DNA of 64,000 nt, from the NCBI RefSeq assembly GCF_964355755.1, contig NC_092677.1:10314101-10378100 (forward strand). Reading direction: 5' to 3'. Numbering within the stretch: position 1 is the first letter of the stretch; every line of letters starts with the position of its first letter. The DNA is from Antedon mediterranea. Taxonomy: Eukaryota > Animalia > Echinodermata. The notes beneath the pieces were generated by a model. The model was not told the origin of the DNA. It did not search any database and saw only the letters and a program-made list of their open reading frames with translations. The position numbers and the translations under genes are program-made. Below are positions 49,301-63,000 of this stretch, piece by piece.

Positions 49301-52300
49301 ATTTGCCATTTTTGGAAAAAATCCCTGTACTATAGTACAGGTAAATTTTCGAAAAATGGCCGATTTTCGACCCTTTTATTTTTTGACATAAATGGTTACT
49401 ATAGCACAATAAACATGCGCAGAGTCGAATAATCGGTTCTGCACATGTCAATTGTGCTATAGTAACCAATTTTGACATAAAGGGTTACTATAGCATAATA
49501 AACATGGGCAGAGTCGAATAATGGGTTCTGCGCAGGTCAATTGTGTTATAGTAACACTTTTGATATAAATGGTTACTATAGCATAATAAACATGCGCAGA
49601 GTCGAATAATGCGTTCTTCGCATGTCAATTGTGCTATAGTAACCAGTTTTTACATAAATGGTTACTATAGCATAATAAACATGCGCAGAGTCGAATAATG
49701 CGTTCTTCGCATGTCAATTGTGCTATAGTAACCAGTTTTATCGAAAAATAAAAAGGTCGAAAATTGGCTATTTTTTTACAAAATCCCTGTACTATAGTAC
49801 CGGGAAATTTTGGAAAAATGGCCGATTTTCGACCCTTTTATTTTTTGACATAAATGGTTACTATAGCATAATAAACATGCGCAGCGTCAAATAATGGGTT
49901 CTACGCATGTCAATTGTGCTATAGTAACCACTTTTGACATAAATGGTTACTATAGCATAATAAAAATGTGCAGAGTCGAATAATGGTTTCTGCGCACGTC
50001 AATTGTGCTATAGTAACCAGTTTTATCGAAAAATAAAAAGGTCGAAAATTGACCATTTTTGGAAAAAATCCCTGTACTATAGTACAGGTAAATTTTCGAA
50101 AAATGGCTGATTTTCGACCCTTTTATTTTTTGACATAAATGGTTACTATAGCACAATAAACATGCGCAGAGTCGAATAATGGGTTCTGCACATGTCAATT
50201 GTGCTATAGTAATCAATTTTGACATAAAGGGTTACTATAGCATAATAAACATGGGCAGAGTCGAATAATGGGTTCTGCGCATGTCATTTGTGCTATAGTA
50301 ACCACTTTTGACATAAATGGTTACTATAGCATAATAAACATGCGCAGAGTCGAATAATGGGTTCTGCGCATGTCAATTGTGCTATAGTAACCAGTTTTAT
50401 CGAAAAATAAAAAGGTCGAAAATTGGCAATTTTTTGAAAAAATCCCTGTACTATAGTTCAGGTAAATTTTCGAAAAATGGCCGATTTTCGACCCTTTTAT
50501 TTTTTGACATAAATGGTTACTATAGCACAATAAACATGCGCAGAGTCGAATAATGGGTTCTGCACATGTCAATTGTGCTATAGTAACCAATTTTGACATA
50601 AAGGGTTACTATAGCATAATAAACATGGGCAGAGTCGAATAATGGGTTCTGCGCATGTCAATTGTGTTATAGTAACACTTTTGATATAAATGGTTACTAT
50701 AGCATAATAAACATGCGCAGAGTCGAATAATGCGTTCTGCGCATGTCAATTGTGCTATAGTAACCAGTTTTATCGAAAAATAAAAAGGTCGAAAATTGGC
50801 TATTTTTTTACAAAATCCCTGTACTATAGTACAGGGAAATTTTCGAAAAATGGCCGATTTTCGACCCTTTTATTTTTTGACATAAATGGTTACTATAGCA
50901 TAATAAACATGCGCAGAGTCGAATAATGGGTTCTGCGTATGTCAATTGTGCTATAGTAACCACTTTTGACATAAATGGTTACTATAGCATAATAAACATG
51001 CGCAGAGTCGAATAATGGGTTCTGCGCATGTCATTTGTGCTATAGTAACCACTTTTGACATAAATGGTTACTATAGCATAATAAACATGCGCAGAGTCGA
51101 ATAATGGGTTCTGCGCATGTCAATTGTGCTATAGTAACCAGTTTTATCGAAAAATAAAAAGGTCGAAAATTGGCCATTTTTTGAAAAAATCCCTGTACTA
51201 TAGTTCAGGTAAATTTTCGAAAAATGGCCGATTTTCGACCCTTTTATTTTTTGACATAAATGGTTACTATAGCACAATAAACATGCGCAGAGTCGAATAA
51301 TGGGTTCTGCACATGTCAATTGTGCTATAGTAACCAATTTTGACATAAAGGGTTACTATAGCATAATAAACATGGGCAGAGTCGAATAATGGGTTCTGCG
51401 CATGTCAATTGTGTTATAGTAACACTTTTGATATAAATGGTTACAATAGCATAATAAACATGCGCAGAGTCGAATAATGCGTTCTGCGCATGTCAATTGT
51501 GCTATAGTAACCAGTTTTATCGAAAAATAAAAAGGTCGAAAATTGGCTATTTTTTTACAAAATCCCTGTACTATAGTACAGGGAAATTTTCGAAAAATGG
51601 CCGATTTTCGACCCTTTTATTTTTTGACATAAATGGTTACTATAGCATAATAAGCATGCGCAGCGTCAAATAATGGGTTCTGCGCATGTCAATTGTGCTA
51701 TGGTAACCACTTTTTACATAAATGGTTACTATAGGATAATAAACATGCGCAGAGTCGAATAATGGGTTCTGCGCATGTCAATTGTGCTATAGTAACAAGT
51801 TTTATCGAAAAATAAAAAGGTCGAAAATTGACCATTTTTAGAAAAAATCCTTGTACTATAGTACAGGGAAATTTTCGAAAAATGGCCGATTTTCGACCCT
51901 TTTATTTTTTGACATAAATGGTTACTATAGCACAATAAACATGCGCAGAGTCGAATAATGGGTTCTGCACATGTCAATTGTGCTATAGTAACCACTTTTG
52001 ACATAAATCGTTACTATAGCATAATAAACATGCGCAGAGTCGAATAATGGGTTCTGCACATGTCAATTGTGGCTATAGTAATCACTTTTGACATAAATGG
52101 TTACTATAGCATAATAAAAATGTGCAGAGTCGAATAATGGTTTCTGCGCACGTCAATTGTGCTATAGTAACCAGTTTTATCGAAAAATAAAAAGGTCGAA
52201 AATTGGCCATTTTTGGAAAAAATCCCTGTACTATAGTACAGGTAAATTTTCGAAAAATGGCCGATTTTCGACCCTTTTATTTTTTGACATAAATGGTTAC

Positions 52301-54755
52301 TATAGCACAATAAACATGCGCAGAGTCGAATAATGGGTTCTGCACATGTCAATTGTGCTATAGTAACCAATTTTTATATAAATGGTTACTATAGCATAAT
52401 AAACATGCGCAGAGTCGAATAATGGGTTCTGCGCATGTCAATTGTGCTATAGTAACAAGTTTTATCGAAAAATAAAAAGGTCGAAAATTGACCATTTTTA
52501 GAAAAAATCCCTGTACTATAGTACAGGGAAATTTTCGAAAAATGGCTGATTTTCGACCCTTTTATTTTTTTACATAAATGGTTACAATAGCATAATAAAC
52601 ATGCGCAGCGTCAAATAATAAGTTCTGCGCATGTTGTGCAAGAGTAACCACTTTTGACATAAATGGTTACTATAGCATAATAAATATGTGCAGAGTCAAA
52701 TAATGGTTTCTGCGCACGTCAATTGTGCTATAGTAACCAGTTTTATCGAAAAATAAAAAGGTAGAAAATTGGCCATTTTTTGAAAAAATCCCTGTACAGT
52801 ACAGTACAGGGAAATTTTCGAAAAATGGCCGATTTTCGACCCTTTTATTTTTTGACATAAATGGTTACTATAGCATAATAAACATGCGCAGAGTCGAATA
52901 ATGGGTTCTGCGTATGTCAATTGTGCTATAGTAACCACTTTTGACATAAATGGTTACTATAGCATAATAAACATGCGCAGAGTCGAATAATGGGTTCTGC
53001 ACATGTCAATTGTGGCTATAGTAATCACTTTTGACATAAATGGTTACTATAGCATAATAAAAATGTGCAGAGTCGAATAATGGTTTCTGCGCAAGTCAAT
53101 TGTGCTATAGTAACCAGTTTTATCGAAAAATAAAAAGGTCGAAAATTGGCCATTTTTTGAAAAAATCCCTGTACTATAGTTCAGGTAAATTTTCGAAAAA
53201 TGGCCGATTTTCGACCCTTTTATTTTTTTACATAAATGGTTACTATAGCACAATAAACATGCGCAGAGTCGAATAATGGGTTCTGCACATGTCAATTGTG
53301 CTATAGTAACCAATTTTGACATAAAGGGTTACTATAGCATAATAAACATGGGCAGAGTCGAATAATGGGTTCTGCGCATGTCAATTGTGTTATAGTAACA
53401 CTTTTGATATAAATGGTTACTATAGCATAATAAACATGCGCAGAGTCGAATAATGCGTTCTGCGCATGTCAATTGTGCTATAGTAACCAGTTTTATCGAA
53501 AAATAAAAAGGTCGAAAATTGGCTATTTTTTTACAAAATCCCTGTACTATAGTACAGGGAAATTTTCGAAAAATGGCCGATTTTCGACCCTTTTATTTTT
53601 TGACATAAATGGTTACTATAGCATAATAAGCATGCGCAGCGTCAAATAATGGGTTCTGCGCATGTCAATTGTGCTATAGTAACACTTTTGATATAAATGG
53701 TTACTATAGCATAATAAACATGCGCAGAGTCGAATAATGCGTTCTGCGCATGTCAATTGTGCTATAGTAACCAGTTTTATCGAAAAATAAAAAGGTCGAA
53801 AATTGGCTATTTTTTTACAAAATCCCTGTACTATAGTACAGGGAAATTTTCGAAAAATGACCGATTTTCGACCCTTTTATTTTTTGACATAAATGGTTAC
53901 TATAGCACAATAAACATGCGCAGAGTCGAATAATGGGTTCTGCACATGTCAATTGTACTATAGTAACCACTTTTGACATAAATGGTTACTATAGCATAAT
54001 AAACATGCGCAGCGTCAAATAATGGGTTCTGCGCATGTCATTTGTGCTATAGTAACCACTTTTGACATAAATGGTTACTATAGCATAATAAACATGCGCA
54101 GAGTCGAATAATGGGTTCTGCGCATGTCAATTGTGCTATAGTAACCAGTTTTATCAAAAAATAAAAAGGTCGAAAATTGGCTATTTTTGGACAAAATCCC
54201 TGTACTATAGTACAGGGAAATTTTCGAAAAATGGCCGATTTTCGACCCTTTTATTTTTTGACATAAATGGTTACTATAGCATAATAAACATGCGCAGAGT
54301 CGAATAATGGTTTCTGCGCACGTCAATTGTGCTATAGTAACCAGTTTTATCGAAAAATAAAAAGGTCGAAAATTGGCCATTTTTTGAAAAAATCCCTGTA
54401 CTATAGTTCAGGTAAAGTTTCGAAAAATGGCCGATTTTCGACCCTTTTATTTTTTGACATAAATGGTTACTATAGCATAATAAACATGCGCAGAGTCGAA
54501 TAATGGGTTCTGCATATGTCAATTGTGCTATAGTAACCACTTTTGAAATAAATGGTTACTATAGCATAATAAACATGCGCAGAGTCGAATAATGGGTTCT
54601 GCGCATGTCAATTGTGCCTATAGTAATCACTTTTGACATAAATTGTTACTATAGCATAATAAACATGTGCGGAGTCGAATAATGGGTTCTGCGCATGTCA
54701 ATTGTGCTATAGTAACCAGTTTTATCGAAAAATAAAAAGGTCGAAAATTGGCCAT
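46330..54755. repeat. Large satellite array of two alternating palindromic monomers (about 94-bp steps)
   Basis: Monomer A is GGTTACTATAGCA..CATGCGCAGA..TCTGCGCATG..TGCTATAGTAACC. Monomer B is centred on CCCTGTACTATAGTACAGGG. Dozens of near-identical copies, with diverged related units at about 45880-46330 and 54755-55760. Confidence 0.97.
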
Positions 54756-57262
54756 TTATCGAAAAATAAAAAGGTTAAAAAATGGTCGAATTTCGACCCT
54801 TTTATTTTTTGACATAAATAGTTACTATACGTCTATAAGATGATCATAATGCAATATATGCACATATATAGCAATATTATTGAATATTAATAATAGTATT
54901 TTAAAAAGTGCATATTTTGGCCACCAAATTTCGACCCTTTTATATACGTTTTTTTTTATATACGCTTTTCGATACGTCTATAAGATGATCATAACGCAAT
55001 ATATGCACATATATAGCAATATTATTGCATAATAATAGTATTTTAAAAGTGTATATTTTGGCTATTTTTCGAAAAAATCCCTGTACTAAAGTAAAGAGAT
55101 TTTTTCAAAAAATGGCAAAATTTCGACCCTTTTTTTTGACAGAAATAGTAACTATACGTCTATAAGATGATCATAACGCAATATATGCACATATATAGCA
55201 ATATTATTGCATAATAATAGTATTTTAAAAAGTGCATATTTTGGCCATTTTTCGAAAAAATCCCTGTAGTAAAGGGATTTTTTCAAAAATGGCCAAATTT
55301 CGACCCTTTTATTTTTTGACGTAAATAGTTACTATACGTCTATAAGATTATCATAACGCAATATATGCACATATATATAGCAATATTATTGCATAATAAT
55401 AGTATTTTAAAAAGTGCATATTTTGACAATATTTTGCAAAAAATCCCTGTTCTGCATAATATTATAAAATGTTGATATTTATTTTTCGAAAATATCCCTG
55501 TACAAAGTACAATGAAATTTTTGAAAAATGGCCAAATTTTCATGCCCAGAATTACATAATGTGGTCTTTGCATACCTCAATACATATTTTAAACAGTCGA
55601 TATTTTGGGCATTAAAAAAAAAAAATCCCTGTTATAAAATTTTATAAAAGATGGCCAAAATTTTACCCTTTTTATTTTTGTTGACATAACTGGTTACTAC
55701 ATCTCTATAACATAGTAATAATGCAATATCTGCAATATAGCAATATTACTATTGCTATAATTTAAAGTTCATTTCCTGTACTATATTGTCAATATTAGGC
55801 ATATAGGCCTATATTCTAATAATTATAACACTAATAATACTAAAAGAAGTTGCACATGATTTATTATAGACTTATCAACTGGTAGTTGATTTTATTAGAA
55901 GTATGGCATGTTACACATATCTATCATTGTATTTAAACTAATACTTTGCAGTTATGATTAGCAAAATACCTGGCAAATTAAATTACTAAAAATCACAAAA
56001 TATATTATAAATTGGATTTTAAATGAAGAAAAACATTATTTCTCTGTATTTTTTAAGTCCGTAACAATTGTTTTGAATGACAGTACAATGTTTAAAAGGC
56101 TCAAGGTAACATTATTGTATTCACTATTTCAAGTAACAAAAATCTCATTTAAATGTTATTTTAAAAAAAAAGACAAAAAAGGTAAAAATAATATAACATA
56201 GCTTTGGCAAATACAGACCATTTTGTGAAAACCATATCATTCTGCTGCAAAAAAATAAACGTATAACAGCAAAGATACGCTAGGTACTCCAAAATCACAC
56301 ACATTATTCAGGTTGTACCACCCCTCAAACATGCCCCTTCCCTCCCAATATCATCATGGTCTACCCCTAGCATTGCACTTTAAATACATCATGATTCATT
56401 TGTTACTTAAATACACATTCAGCATAAGAAATTGGGCTGCAAAATCTGTAATAACCTGGCAACATATTATTAAATCTTTAATCCGCGTATAACACACATG
56501 CTTTATTGTTTTTGTTGTTTAAAATTGTTAACAAACATGTGATGGGCTATTTTAAAATTAAAACAAAAAAAGTTAGCTACTTGTTTTGAAACACCCACAA
56601 AATCTTTGTCCGGCAAAGCGTCAGAGCATCTTAATACTGCTGTATGCTGGGCTTTCAATGCTGCCAAGATGTGTTATATTTTGTTTTAATGCATATTTCA
56701 CAAAATGTCAACTTGAAACTACAAACTCCACATAAGCATACTGTATTTTCATACATTTCTCTTTGTTAATATCATTGTTATCAATAAAAATGTTTTACCC
56801 ACTGTTCCAATGGTATCATTCATTTGTCTGCTAGCAGCACATATAAAGATATTTGTAAAAAGTTTATGGAGTAGTCTGAATTAAGCAACTAAAATGAAAC
56901 TAGAAGTGATGATAAATAGGCCTAGAATGTGATGGATCTTATTCCCTTGTGAAAAAAGAAACCCCCTATAACAATCTGGTAACGGAAATATTCTGCATAG
57001 CCTTGCAACTCCATAGAATTATTTATCTGATATATTTTAAAATTAGAAACACCTAGAAAATTCAATATCTAAAAGCAAATGGAATCTTTCCTATTAGTGT
57101 TCTTAAAGCAGTTTCCACATGGGCCTATAACTGAATTAAATAAATAAATTGCTAATATAATATAATAATATAGTTAATTTTCTGGAACAGTATATTGTGG
57201 ATTTGAAACAAACAGTTGAGTATGAGGAAAATGTGCATAACATTTCTTACGATACAAATTAT

Positions 57263-57624
57263 AACATATATGACCGAGTATAGTCCCATGGGGCCTGGAT
57301 ATGAAATTTGGAGATTATACTTGAGTATGGGATTTCACTTGAGTATGGGATTATACTTGAGCATGGGATCATACTTGACCATGGGATCGTACTTGAGCAT
57401 GGGATTGTACTTGAGTATAGGATTGAACTTGAGCATGAGATTGTACTTGGGCGCGAGATTGTACTTGGGCGCGAGATTGTACTTGGGCACGAGATTGTAA
57501 TTGAACATGGGCTTGTCCTTGAGCATAGGATCGTACTTGAGCATGGGATTATACTTGAGCATGGGATTGTACTGCAGCCTGGGACTGTAATTGGGCATGG
57601 GATTATACTCGATCCTATACGGTA
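57263..57624. mobile_element. Tc1/pogo-like MITE with internal 18-bp tandem repeat
   Basis: Ends ATATGACCGAGTATAGTCCC and GGGATTATACTCGATCCTATACGG-TA are inverted repeats; the interior is (GAGCATGGGATTGTACTT)n. Confidence 0.6.
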
Positions 57625-58415
57625 AATCTTATTATGTACACTGTAATTTTATTAACAGTTTAATAGTTCAATAAATTATTATTTAACTCCTAAAAATAAT
57701 ATGTCATAAAGAAATTAAGCTGTGGCTATATTCTTATATAAATCTCAAGTATTTAAACTGTGGGGTGGAAATTATTACTAATAAAGTATCTATTTTTAAA
57801 TATTTTATCTATCTATTTATTGAAACCATTTCGTAAGGTTCTGGAGTTTATTGATGTCACTATGTAAGAGTATGACTTATAATTGCATGATACCTACCAG
57901 AGTAGCTAGTTCCTGTTGCATGGAAAATCAATAATAATGGATATTAAGGGTCAAAGTTGAAGGCTACAAAAATCCTTGATTTATAACATATTATCTGTCT
58001 CCAACAAAAGGCAAATATTGACCTTGGAAAGTTTGTCTAGACCTACTTGTTGAAGACATGTCAACACTTGTTGCAATAAAATAGATTGTTTTTTAAATAG
58101 TACACAGTTGTAAATAACATTATTATAATCTAGACTACAACATCTTCACTAGTTCAGCAGCTAACATTTAAATGTTCTCCAATTACTGGGAATTTGTGAT
58201 ATACGCATCAAAATCCATTTATTCCTTTAGGCAAAGAAAGATATCCAGCAATCAGTTTTTGTTTGACACTCCAGGATCGCTTCATAACGCTCAACATCCA
58301 GTAGTAAACATATATTTCATTTGGTCCATGCATGCTTTTTCTATATTCCAACGATTTAAAAAAACCACAACTTGCCCGAGCTCACCATTTTCATCCGCAC
58401 GTTTCGTTCCAATTG

Positions 58416-60008
58416 TTAAGAATTATTGTTTTCCGTCGTATCATTTTCCTTTCCTTTAACATTAGATTTATCTTTAATTTTCTCTGACAACTTTCTATCT
58501 TTTGCACTTCTCTGTGTGTCATCTTTGGTTGTTATTGCATTGGCTGATACAAGCCTTTGGCCTGTCATTGCTTTGTTATATGGAGGTAATTCCTCCGTGT
58601 CCAATATGTTAAGAGAAGTCCTTGTTTCACTGTCTAAATATTTTACATGTTTTAATCGAGGGCTTGGCGTTCGATGACGATCAGAACTTAATCTTGATAA
58701 ATTTGATCGTAAAGACGGACTAGATTGCAACAAATCGGTTGGCATTTGACCGCTACCAACGACTACGTTTGGTGCGGCACGAATGCTACTTGGTTCATTT
58801 TCTAAATACACATCAAGAAAAATGCGTTTAGGAGTTTTACCCTCTCCGTCTGGTAATTTGACAGATGCGGGATAGTTTTCAGTTAGTGAATTATTTCCAC
58901 GTATAATTTTACCTTGTTCACGCAAGCGTTCTTGTTGTACTACTTGTGAAAAGGCATTTTGATATATTAATAACGGTGGCTGCCTCTGTAAAAACAACAA
59001 ATAAATAGATTGATATTCCTCACTGATAAATGCTTGCCGATATGTGTACGTGATGACACACACAGAATTTTGTAAATACTTTGACATGATGATGAAAAAA
59101 TGGATGGATGACCCTGTAAAGGTACAGTAGGATCCCTCTTTTGGGACACCCTATTCAGAGGATACTCCAAATATTAGGGGACACTTTGAGAAAATACAGT
59201 ATTTATCTAATATTTGTCCCCATAATAGCAATACAGTGCCCAATAAGTATGAACATTTTTGCATCTAACTAAAGGACATTCATTCATCATTGATTATTCA
59301 TATAGCAAAAATTAATTATGAATATTTTATTAGCAATAAACACGCAAGTTTTTGAGTCAATGTTCGGATAAATGTTGGTAGGCTTTAGAAGTTTTGTTTA
59401 TCTTAAAGAGGAAGTCTAGGTTTATTATTTTTAGTAAATTTCAAAATATTTCCTCACTAGGAAAAAGTGCTTATTTTTTTTTAAAGAACAAGTAGAGGTA
59501 TCAACACCAGGCTAGTGATCTAGGTGTCGTGGGTTCAATCCCAGTCAACAATTATTTGCAATTTTTTCACAATATTTTCAAAATGTACATTTGCGTCAGA
59601 CTAGAGTGAGCATCAATTCACCAAATTATTCCAATTCTAGAGCAAAACAACCTACAAAAATGATCTATAATTCATGGAAAGTTATTAGATTTCAGAGAAA
59701 CTGATCCAAATGATTCCAAGTTCTTTCATTTTCATTTTACGTAACCACGAAAATTAATTTTGACATGAAATAAAAAGAGTGTAATCTAAGCAGGTGAAGT
59801 GTACTTACCACAGGCGGTGTTTGGTTGCCCACTGGGCTTGGTACGTAGACTTGATGATGTCGTTGGTCTCCCCGTCTAGGTCGATTATTATAACTAAACA
59901 TGACTACACAACATACCACCAACAAAAATAACGTGAAGCAAGTAGGCGCTAGAATCCAGATGATAATAAAATCAAATTGCTGGTTTTCTTTTACTACTGT
60001 TGGCTTAT
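58416..60008 (-). CDS. Last two coding exons of a single-pass (type I-like) membrane protein with a long disordered cytoplasmic tail; upstream exons not identified
   Basis: Exon 60008-59809 (acceptor TTTTCCAG, donor GTAAGT) encodes TM FIIIWILAPTCFTLFLLVVCCVVMFSY followed by basic NNRPRR. It splices in phase 0 to exon 58985-58416 (RQPPLLIY...LPPYNK...TENNNS*). Confidence 0.75.
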
Positions 60009-63000
60009 CTGGAAAATACAACAAAATTATTACATAATGCAAGATTTTGATTAATTAGGAATAAAGGCAACATACAGAAATTATTATGGTCAAATAAACA
60101 CACATTCATATACAATGTTCTCCGTATATTGAACCCTAGGTGAAAAAAAATGGGTTCTTCCCGCTTTTATTTCTTCAAAATAAATCATGAATACTACTGC
60201 ATAAACACATAATCTAAAAGCAGACAATCATGTATGTATACTGTACTATTAAACCAATTAGTGGCATTTCAGAACGATGAAAATAGAACATTAACACAAT
60301 TATAATGTTTCTTATTCAGTGTAAGAGGTGGAATGAATATCCGATTACGACATCAAGAAATAAATGGCTGTTCTCAGCGCAAAATAGTCACGAAAGGTCA
60401 TGATTGTGTAATAATAAAACATCATCATCAGACAAAATCGATGAGTTTCTTATTAACCTGGCAAGTGCGTGTCGGTTCAAGTTGAAATAAAACATTTAGT
60501 CATTACAATGAGTGAATTAATGATGAACACATTATAGCGAAAATGTTATGTATGCTGAAATTATTCTGTGCGTCATAACGCGGCTGATGTTTTGTGAAAT
60601 TAACTGTATTCAAAATTATAATCACAACGCTCTATAACAATGGTATGATCTCAAATATACTACTGTACTATAGAAAGTAATACATACTTTACAAAAAGTA
60701 ATAGTTGTTTTATTACGCTAGAAGTGACTTCATTTTGATCTTAAAATAACTAATTCATAGCACATAATGAATTCCTGTTCCAAGAAATAAGAAGTAAAGT
60801 TTTAGGTTAATCAAAAATCTTTGAAATATCTGTGTTAAAGACAACACTAGCATGTACATCACCGAGGCGTTGCTTGCTTCCGTGTACACGCAATGTGAGC
60901 GTCATTACTTAATAGAATCATTTCATGTACTGAGTAATTAACCGTGGAGTGTAGACAGAACAATAGTGTATTTGATCGCTACAGTCAAATGGAAGGCAAT
61001 TGAATAGTGTGTCTAGACAGACGAAAATGATAACAATCATCTTACAGGAAAAGGGTTGGTTGTTAAGATCACCTAATGATACTAGTATGGTTTCCAAAGA
61101 TTGAATTTTTTTTAATGGTGTCTTTTTTGTTCTCATGCTATTAATCTTCGTTTTCTAAATGAAATATCAATTGAAACAATATATATTTTAATAGAATATT
61201 TACTTGATTTTGCTTAAATTTCAAAGCATTTAATTCCACAATGATAAAATGTTTATGATTTGACAAAACAACGTTTCACACAGCCTTTTATTAATTGTCA
61301 TGATTATGTAAAATAACTTCTTTTGTCATTATACAAAACATAGTTTAATTGCTTTTAATTTCTGTTTATTTTTTTAATGGTGTAATCAAACATTTTGTCA
61401 AAAAAAAGAAGAAAATATAACTTGGGAATGGTTTAGGGGAACATTGCATATTATTTAAACAACAACCAGGAAATAGATTTATCCAGCTTGTCTGACAAAC
61501 TATGTTTCACCTAAGCCATTTTCTTACAGACGTGCCATATCAGACTATCATGCAAGAATATAACCAGTATACCGACTTTCAATGAGAAAAGGTTGAGGTA
61601 TATCTGTCCAATAGTGTCCCTCAAAATGATATTAATTGAGGGCGCCCTATACTGTTACTAAAAATTGTAGTTCTTATTTTCTGTACCATACATAGTCCAC
61701 ATTATCATTTTTTCGATTGTAATGTGAAAAGATTGCGGCGAAGGCATTAAAACACTTGACCGCTTAAGACGACGTCACAAGGGATATGATGGCTTTCGTT
61801 CTCTAGGAATATTCCTAGTGATGGGTCTTGGGCAAGTCTGGCCCATTCTGACGGAAAACAATATTGGCATGGTAATAATATTACCTGTATATACCCTGGG
61901 ACACAGTTCTGTGAGAAAAGGGTTATAGCATTTAGTTTATTTCCAGTGTTCTCAACCACAGAATGTCTGTGCTTCTACAAAGCCAATTGTCACTATCAAA
62001 CTGTATGTGACAACAAATGTGATGTGCCCATATATGGACACGATGATGTCATATCACTACCATATTTGGGCATATCACTACCATATTTGGACACATCATA
62101 CTTTTTTGTCAAACTAGTTTGGTAACTTGTAGACAGAGCTTAAGCATATATATTGGTTGTTGTGCAATAGAATTGGTGCACACACTATACCCACAACACA
62201 GTCCAAAGTGCTATTTTGTGTTTCATGTAAACAATACACCATGACATCTACAATCGGTAATTGTTATTTAAACTTTCATTGTCAAAAAACAAAAAGATAT
62301 TTGGAAATTCCTTGAAACCTGATAGAAACAAAGCCGATAAATAAGCACAGGCAACAACAATGTATTTTTAATTCTAACATTTATATACCAATTCCTACAA
62401 TTGTATGCTTGGAAATTTCATTAAATGTGTAGAGCCACTAAATTTCAACAACCATTCCTAGCTTTCATTACTGTAAAGAATTATATAGGCCTATTTATTG
62501 CCAATTTAGGTTCGTTGATTTTTATAAGAGCAATTTTTGTGACATTGAAAATCGGATTGCAATTCTTTATAACATAATTAACGTCAATTGATTTTTCATC
62601 AAAGGTCAACTAGGGTCAATTTGTGGAAAGGGTTATATTATCTACTTAAGAACTTGGTAATAAAAAAAAAATCATCAATAAGAATAAACTTTATTTGTAT
62701 AAAGACAATAACAAATAAATAGTACCTTTCTAAAAATTATATAATAAAATAAAAAAAATTTGGCAGGTAAACTGGTAAGGTAGATAACTTACTGTTTGAA
62801 GATTTTAATCACTTGGAGATATATTTCCTCCCTAAAGGCCACATGAACTTCTAACCTCAAATTAACAAGACCTTGGTCGACATCGCACCTTAGGTTTGAA
62901 CGGCCAAATTCACTTACCTTTCAAATAAAAGAACGCTAACCGAGTTAACGTCTACAGTAGGTAACACGATTAGGACAGAGTAAAACCATTGTTTTTGTGA

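Noticed and set aside
46374-54540. Many near-identical 60-100 aa ORFs (MSKVVTIAQLTCAEPIIRLCAC...) and a CRISPR-like look
   Set aside because: These are translations of satellite monomers. There are no unique spacers and no cas genes, the context is eukaryotic, and indels break frames freely.
57308-57625. (LEHGIV)n ORF resembling a hexapeptide left-handed beta-helix
   Set aside because: It is an 18-bp tandem repeat open in several frames and on both strands, starts at TTG, has no splice signals, and is enclosed by MITE-like TIRs.
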